A stretch of 64,000 nucleotides of DNA from Macrostomum lignano (Eukaryota). The stretch covers positions 124,001 through 188,000 of the forward strand of contig NIVC01001192.1 of NCBI GenBank assembly GCA_002269645.1, read 5' to 3'. The notes under the pieces are model-generated. The model saw only the letters and a program-made list of their open reading frames with translations, ran no database searches and had not been told where the DNA came from. Shown in pieces: positions 56,656 to 64,000 of the stretch (position 1 is its first letter; every line of letters starts with the position of its first letter). The position numbers were made by a program, and so were the translations under genes.

Positions 56656-59600
56656 ATGAAGCTCCTTATTTGCTGCTTTTATTCAGCCTTTACTCTGTTT
56701 GCGGCCTGCATCCGTAAGTCTTGTTGTTGAATATTTGCTATATGACAGGTTAAACAATTCTCTTACACTCCGTGTTGGCAAGTCTATCTATATTTGTTTA
56801 CTATTTTACAGTCACGGTCAGATCGGAAGCTCAGCACTGTATAGAAAGGCATTTGAAAGATATTAGCGTTGAGATCGGCGACGACAATCCACAGCGGGTA
56901 AACGTCTTAACTGCATAATTGTGCTCAGCCTCAGTTAGTTTTATGTGCTCAATGCTTGAATGCTCATTGAGCTGACTTAAGTGACAATCCCGTTGGATTT
57001 TGAGTTTTTAAAGTAGGCATGAAAGGTGAAGAGTTTTGCACCTTCTGCCTCACTTTCGCCTCCCCTATGCCTATTTTGTGCCACTTGTGCACCTTTTGTT
57101 CACCTGAGTGCCTCTGCAGGGGCGGAAGGTGAATTTAAGGCACGAACTAGGCGGTAGGAGCACAGGTGTCGTAGGGGATTTAGGTGCATAAAAGGTGCAC
57201 AGTGTGCGTTGAGGCACAAAAGGTGAACAAAGTAGGAATTGGGGGCATTGGTGGAGTGAAAGGTGAAAAAAAGGTGCGCTGCGGTGGAGGTGCATAAAAG
57301 GTGTACAGTGTGCACTGGAGGCACGAAAGGTGAATAAAAGGTGCACAGTGGGCACTTTATTTTTATTTAAAAAAAGTGGGCACTTTAGGCGTAGAGGCAA
57401 TGCAAGGGGCGTTAAAGTTTCAACTGGCGAAGTTCTTTGCTACCTTTTCTCACTATTCGAAGTTTTTACTCACTAATGCAAACCTTTTCATCACTTTTCG
57501 GAGCTTTTCCTGAGTATTTGAAAGTCATTAAAACTTATCAGTATAGGAAATGTTTTGTTTAGGTTTGTCAGGATCAGGAAGGGGATAGCAGCGATTAGTA
57601 TAGGTGTAAATTAAGCTTTTCTATGTTTAATCTGTGCGTGCAATATACGAGTATGTAACTCTCAGTTAATTTTTTTGTTACGAATTCTTAATGCGTTAAT
57701 TCGTGTATAGGCATGAAAGGTGAGCGAGGTGCACAGAAGAGGCACTTTAGGGGTCTATTTCGAGCGTGTTTTGGAAATGCACCTGTATACATATTTACGG
57801 CGCACATGTACACCTTATGCACCTCTAATTCACCTTTCGTGCACTTTCTGCGCCCCTTCAGCATCTTTCCTGCACCTGCTGTGCCTCACTTGTGAGCCTA
57901 CTGTTCACCTTTTGCGCACCTCCAGTGCCCCTTACGCACCTTTACTGCCCCTACCGCCGCAACCAATCAAAAGTGAGAATTCACCTACTGCCTGACCACT
58001 TCACCTATTTTACACCTTTCATGCCTCTTTTCAAAAATATTGGTTACATTTAGGCATAAAAGGTGCACTCAGGTGCATTTCTAAAACACACACGAAATAG
58101 GCCACCAAAGTGCCTCTTTTGTGCACCTCGCTCACCTTTTATGCCTCTGCAGGTGCATAACTTTTCCAACGGAAATGCACTAATAGATAAACAAATATGC
58201 AACTTGGATTTACCATGCGAAACACAATTCTTCAAAAAATTACGCTTCAGGTGTTGTCATTTGTTCGAGACGAGCCAGGCTACCAGGTGAACCTGCAGTG
58301 CAAGTGGACTCTGCAGCCTGCCAACTACGATAAACCGAGGCAGATGTACATTCGTGTGCCCGTTATCGACTTTGACACCAACGATGTGTCTGAGGCTCAG
58401 TGCAATGTCTCTAATACCAAGGCTGATGTGTTCAGCCTGAAGTTGAAACTGAACGATAGTGAGTTTCTCAGCCGTTTCAGTTTAGCTTGAATTATAATTT
58501 TACGAACTTCATTTTTTGTTTTTTAACTGTATTCCTTCATTTCAGCAACGTACCGAAATGAGTCCTGGTGCTCAAACAAATCAGTGAAAGTCAAGAGCCA
58601 AATCGTGAACTTGTGGGACTCGTGAGTGTCTTGAAGCATCTGTGATTTCGGACTGTTTATTCTCTGAAGTATTCAGTATCATATTTGCTCTCTTACCTTT
58701 GCTCAGGTCGTACAAGCTGGCTTTGGAGTTCCGCTCTGACGATAAGCAAGTCCGGTCCAACGCCAAGGGAGTGCAGGTGGATGTGCAGGTGCTGGGCAGA
58801 GACTATTGCCACAGGACCATGCTGTTCTTTGAGGGCTCCTGCTATCTGATAACACCTGAGCGCCTGACACCTGCTGAGGCATTCAGCATCGCGAAGAATT
58901 ACCTTGGCAACGTCTTCACTGTTCCTAAAAACAGAAACAACTCAGAATTTTTCCGTCCGTTCATTCAGCGAAGTGAGTATTGCGTTTATTATATGGCATG
59001 CTTTATCGCCTGTTGATCGATTTGTTGGTATCCCAATCATTGCAGACTCGGACAGAGCTGGCGAGTTCCCATTCGAGTCTCCGCTCCGCCTGACTGGCTC
59101 CATGTGGACCGGCTATTTCATAGATATTTTGTCTAGCAGTCCGCCTGCCGTTTTCAAGTCTGCCCAGTACTGCGACCCGCAGGCCGGTTGCGGTGTTGCT
59201 CTGAGAAACTTTTCTGTGTAAGCAGTATGAGCTACTTACTGATGTACTGTTGTGCGTAGCCGTGACAGAGAGTAGAGGTCGAAGCTTGAAAGCCTCAGTG
59301 TTATCTCTTAACTGCTATCTGTTGCATTTATCGGTGATTTTAATATTTTTTGCTTTCAGATTTTTCAAATCGAGCTCGAAATTCGAATACTTCAACCGTT
59401 GTGCTGTGGCCATGCATTGGGGCAGCGGTGGCTCGGTGAATTTCACCTGCGAATCCATGGAATCTAAACTGCCAGCCATGATCGAGTTGAAGCAGATTCC
59501 TGCAACAAAAGGTGACCTGCATCCGCAGCTGTTCACCACTTGCGACACGCTGCCGTCGTTCCGTCTGTTTCCAACAACAACTCGGCCTCAAGAACAGCAG

Positions 59601-59840
59601 CTCAATCTACAGCGACAACAACTCAGTCTCCAACGTCAACAGCTGAGCCTGATGCAACAGCAGCTCAGCCTCCAACAGCAGCAGCTCAGCCTCCAACAGC
59701 AGCAGCTCAGCCTCCAACAGCAGCAGCTCAGCCTCCAACAGCAGCAGCTCAGCCTCCAACAGCAGCAGGTCAGCCTCCTGCTTCAGCAATTCAACCTGCA
59801 AGAGCAACAGCTCAACATCCAATACCAAAAATACCGATAG
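56656..59840 (+). CDS. CUB-CTLD protein C5, B-type ectodomain ending in (LSLQQQQ)n with no TM (448 aa as assembled)
   Basis: Exons 56656-56713, 56812-56897, 58251-58458, 58546-58621, 58707-58972, 59046-59217, 59360-59840. The ancestral Thr/Ala/Pro stalk is in another frame from ~59590. Confidence 0.7.
57015..58146. repeat. Cluster of foldback/MITE-like elements with AGGCATRAAAGGTG ends in intron 2 of C5
   Basis: 57709-58026 and 58052-58146 each have 14-bp inverted ends. The second is an inverted, shortened copy of the first. A related AAAAGGTGCAC-rich block lies at 57015-57400. Confidence 0.6.
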
Positions 59841-60377
59841 CTTAGTCATCAAGAACAACAATAGCGGCATGCAACAACCAAAAGTAATTATAGTAGTACT
59901 TCGAAGTAATAATGATAATAATGGTTACCAACAAGAACAAGAAAAACAACAACAACAAGAGCTTAGCCTCGAACAACTTTCCAGCCTCAAAAGTGTTCAT
60001 ATACGAGTAGGAGACGCAGTCCCATGCACTAAACTAACTGCTTGGCGTTCCTTTGCGCACGTTGTAGATGATAAACTTAATCGGAATTAAACATGTCGTT
60101 TCTGCTTATGGCTTTAGACGGAATCGAGCCCGTGTTGTGGTGTTGCTGTTGTTGTTGACCGATGCAATACCTTTTTTGGTGGTCACTTTTGCTGTATTTT
60201 TTCCCACCTGTAATCTTTTCGGGCCATGCCTTATTCAATATATTTTGGCTCCTGTCTGCATGTTTTGTGTGGACTTCGCCAATTTCGATGCGTTCAAATT
60301 ATACAGTATTTGCTTGTTTGAGAATGATTTATATTTTTTCAGCAACAGTGCAATTTCAATATTCTGTATTGCCTAAA

Positions 60378-62480
60378 GACATCCCTGAAAATCAGCTACA
60401 GACATCCCTGAGAATCAGCTACAGACACTCTTGAGAATCGCCTACAGACATCCCTGGCAATCGCCTACAGACATCCCTGAGAATCAGCTACAGACATCCC
60501 CGGCAATCGCCTACAGACATCCCTGAGAATCAGCTACAGACATCCCTGGCAATCGCCTACAGACATCCCTGAGAATCACCTGCAGACATCCCTGAGAATC
60601 ACCCGCAGACATCCCTGAGAATCGCCTACAGACATCCCTGGCAATCGCCTACAGACATCCCTGAGAATCGCCTACAGACATCCCTGGCAATCGCCTACAG
60701 ACATCCCTGAGAATCGCCTACAGACATCCCTGAGAATCGCCTGCAGACATCCCTGAGAATCGCTTGCAGACATCCCTGAGAATCGCCTACAGACATCCCT
60801 GAGAATCGCCTGCAGACATCCCTGAGAATCACCCGCAGACATCCCTGAGAATCGCCTACAGACATCCCTGGCAATCGCCTACAGACATCCCTGGCAATCG
60901 CCTACAGACATCCCTGAGAATCGCCTGCAGACATCCCTGAGCATCGCCTGCAGACATCCCTGAGAATCACCCGCAGACATCCCTGAGAATCGCCTACAGA
61001 CATCCCTGAGAATCGCCTGCAGACATCCCTGAGAATCGCCTACAGACATCCCTGGCAATCGCCTACAGACATCCCTGAGAATCGCCTACAGACATCCCTG
61101 GCAATCGCCTACAGACATCCCTGAGAATCGCCTGCAGACATCCCTGAGCATCGCCTGCAGACATCCCTGAGAATCACCCGCAGACATCCCTGAGAATCGC
61201 CTACAGACATCCCTGAGAATCGCCTACAGACATCCCTGAGAATCACCTGCAGACATCCCTGAGAATCAGCTACAGACATCCCTGAGAATCGCTTGCAGAC
61301 ATCCCTGAGAATCACCTACAGACATCCCTGAGAATCGCCTGCAGACATCCCTGAGAATCACCCGCAGACATCCCTGAGAATCACCCGCAGACATCCCTGG
61401 GGATCGCTTGCAGGCATCCCTGAGAATCGCCTACAGACATCCCTGAGAATCGCCTACAGACATCCCTGAGAATCGCCTACAGACATCCCTGGCAATCGCG
61501 TACAGGCATCCCTGAGAATCGCCTACAGACATCCCTGAGAATCGCCTACAGACATCCCTGGCAATCGCCTACAGACATCCCTGAGAATCGCCTACAGACA
61601 TCCCTGGCAATCGCCTACAGACATCCCTGAGAATCGCCTACAGACATCCCTGAGAATCGCCTACAGACATCCCTGAGAATCGCCTACAGACATCCCTGGC
61701 AATCGCCTACAGACATCCCTGAGAATCGCCTGCAGACATCCCTGAGCATCGCCTGCAGACATCCCTGAGAATCACCCGCAGACATCCCTGAGAATCGCTT
61801 ACAGACATCCCTGAGAATCGCCTACAGACATCCCTGAGAATCACCTGCAGACATCCCTGAGAATCAGCTACAGACATCCCTGAGAATCGCTTGCAGACAT
61901 CCCTGAGAATCACCCGCAGACATCCCTGAGAATCACCCGCAGACATCCCTGGGAATCGCTTGCAGGCATCCCTGAGAATCGCCTACAGACATCCCTGAGA
62001 ATCGCCTACAGACATCCCTGAGAATCGCCTACAGACATCCCTGGCAATCGCGTACAGGCATCCCTGAGAATCGCCTACAGACATCCCTGAGAATCGCCTA
62101 CAGACATCCCTGGCAATCGCGTACAGGCATCCCTGAGAATCGCCTACAGACATCCCTGGCAATCGCCTACAGACATCCCTGAGAATCGCCTACAGACATC
62201 CCTGGCAATCGCCTACAGACATCCCTGAGAATCGCCTACAGACATCCCTGGCAATCGCGTACAGGCATCCCTGAGAATCGCCTACAGACATCCCTGGCAA
62301 TCGCCTACAGACATCCCTGAGAATCGCCTACAGACATCCCTGGCAATCGCCTACAGACATCCCTGAGAATCGCCTACTGACATCCCTGGCAATCGCCTAC
62401 AGACATCCCTGAGAATCGCCTACAGACATCCCTGAGAATCGCCTACAGACATCCCTGGCACTCGCCTACGGACATTCTTG
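60378..62480. repeat. 23-bp satellite (CAGACATCCCTGAGAATCGCCTA), ~90 copies
   Basis: Long tandem array with variant units and re-duplicated blocks of variants. Confidence 0.97.
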
Positions 62481-62959
62481 AGGACTAACTACGAACAAAA
62501 TTACTTTATTATTCTGACTGTGCTAATAAAGATAATTTGTGTTAAACTTCAATGCTATGTTAAGTCACTATTGAAAACTGCTTGCAAAATTTCCGTGATT
62601 CGCTATTCAGTAATATTCCTGAATTTTGAACTGATTTTTTTATTGACAATTAGCTTTTTAATAGTCTTCTATGGCGTCTACTTTTTGTGCCAGGTCATTA
62701 GTGGTTTTTCATTCTATAAACATTTTTATAAACAATAAAATTGATTTGAGCTATAATTTTTTTAAAAATCAGCGTCTTAGCATTACTGTTGACTTTTTCG
62801 TGTAAGTTTCCAATAAAGCGAACCTGAGAGAAAAATACTGATTTAATGTGTATAGTATACTAGTGGTAAAGTGGTTTGCATGGTTTTAGTCATTAGAAGA
62901 CCTGATTATTAAAGGGAACAACAGTGCATTGTTTCTGTACAAATACGAGCTACTAGAAG

Positions 62960-63314
62960 TTTCCAATTCAGAATTTAAGCCTCCCCTGTCACAGTTTAGA
63001 CTAGCAAAAAAGCATAAACTTGGCCTGCGAAACAATGAGGACTGCGACACCAGATATCCCTTACGACAATAGGATTTGCCTAAAGTGCCATGTAGGGGTA
63101 GAAAGTGAAGCTCCTGTTAAGTGTAGTTGGAACTTTTATAGTACTCCCCGTGATAAATTTGAACAGGAAATCTCAGATAAAGTTTCGAATTTTAAAAAGC
63201 TGACTACAATTTTATCAAATGACACAATAGAAAGCAAAACTTTCCTTTCAAAATTTCAATAATAACACGAAAAAAGCATTAGCACGCTCGGTGTGCTCAT
63301 CTTAATAATAATAA
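62960..63314 (+). mobile_element. Degenerate non-LTR retrotransposon (LINE) 3' end
   Basis: LSQFRL..H.LACE...IPYDNRICLKC...ESE resembles the C-terminal zinc knuckle of LINE ORF2; (TAA)n tail at ~63303. Confidence 0.55.
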
Positions 63315-63356
63315 TCGACTCAAATTTTGTACTGCTGTTTCAGTTCTCTCATATCT

Positions 63357-63960
63357 ATGAAGATTGTTACCAACTGCTGTTATTTTGCTTTAACTCTGTT
63401 AGCGTCCTGCAGTCGTAAGTTTTTCTTGTTGAATATTTGCTAAATGACAGGTTAAACAGTTCTCTTACACTCTGCAGGGAAATCAATCTATGTTTGCTTA
63501 CTATTTTCAGTGATGGTCAGATCTGAAGACCAGCACTGCATGAATGCGGCCCTGAAGGATATTACCGTTGAGATCGGCGACGACAATCCACAGCGGGTAA
63601 ATGGCTCAACTGCATAATTGTGCTCAGCCTCAGTTAGTTTTGTGTGCTCAAGTAGTGTACTTTAATGTTCATAAATGTACCCAGTGATTAAATTGGTATT
63701 CGTTGCTTAAATCTATCATGCGAAACACAGTTTTCGAAATTTTACGCTTCAGGTGATGTCATTTGTTCGAGACGAGCCAGGCTACCAGGTGAACCTGCAG
63801 TGCAAGTGGACTCTGCAGCCTGCCAACTACGATAAACCGAGACAGATGTACATTCGTGTGCCCGTTATCGACTTTGACACCAACGATGTGTCTGAGGCTC
63901 AGTGCAATGTCTCCAATACCAAGGCTGATGTGTTCAGCCTGAATTTAAAACTGAACGATA
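63357..63960 (+). CDS. CUB-CTLD family member D6, partial (exons 1-3; runs off the window)
   Basis: Exons 63357-63414, 63511-63596, 63753-63960 in frame with GT-AG junctions; signal peptide MKIVTNCCYFALTLLASCS. Confidence 0.82.
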
Positions 63961-64000
63961 GTGAGTTTCTCAGCCATTTTAACTCAACTTGAATTATAAT

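Noticed and set aside
60068-60376. Hydrophobic ORF as the missing TM exon of C5
   Set aside because: Not in frame, no clear acceptor, and no similarity to the TM/KRR segment of the paralogues.

Overview
This is eukaryotic (invertebrate metazoan-like) genomic DNA with short GT-AG introns. Its backbone is a tandem array of an unannotated multi-exon receptor family: signal peptide, CUB-like domain, non-canonical C-type-lectin-like domain (CTLD), Thr/Pro stalk, TM helix, short tail. Nine copies are visible: 2 apparently intact, 1 with a frameshifted poly-Q tail and no TM, 1 cut by the window end, and 5 pseudogenes. The array shows a recent ~10.4 kb unequal-crossover duplication and patchy gene conversion. 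Two very young LTR elements sit in the first unit only. One is an intact GC-rich Ty3/Gypsy (2642-7582). The other is the most unusual feature: a 6.9 kb element on the minus strand (12569-19442) with identical LTRs, a single Gag + internal-signal-peptide Env-like ORF fused in frame to an integrase tail, no PR/RT/RH, and two tandem accessory genes each encoding two SINA/SIAH-type RING fingers. The window also contains solo LTRs, CORE-type SINEs, Penelope fragments with hammerhead ribozymes, a dead mariner, MITE/Tc1 relics, a LINE relic and several minisatellites. All gene models and domain calls were made by eye; no database searches were run.
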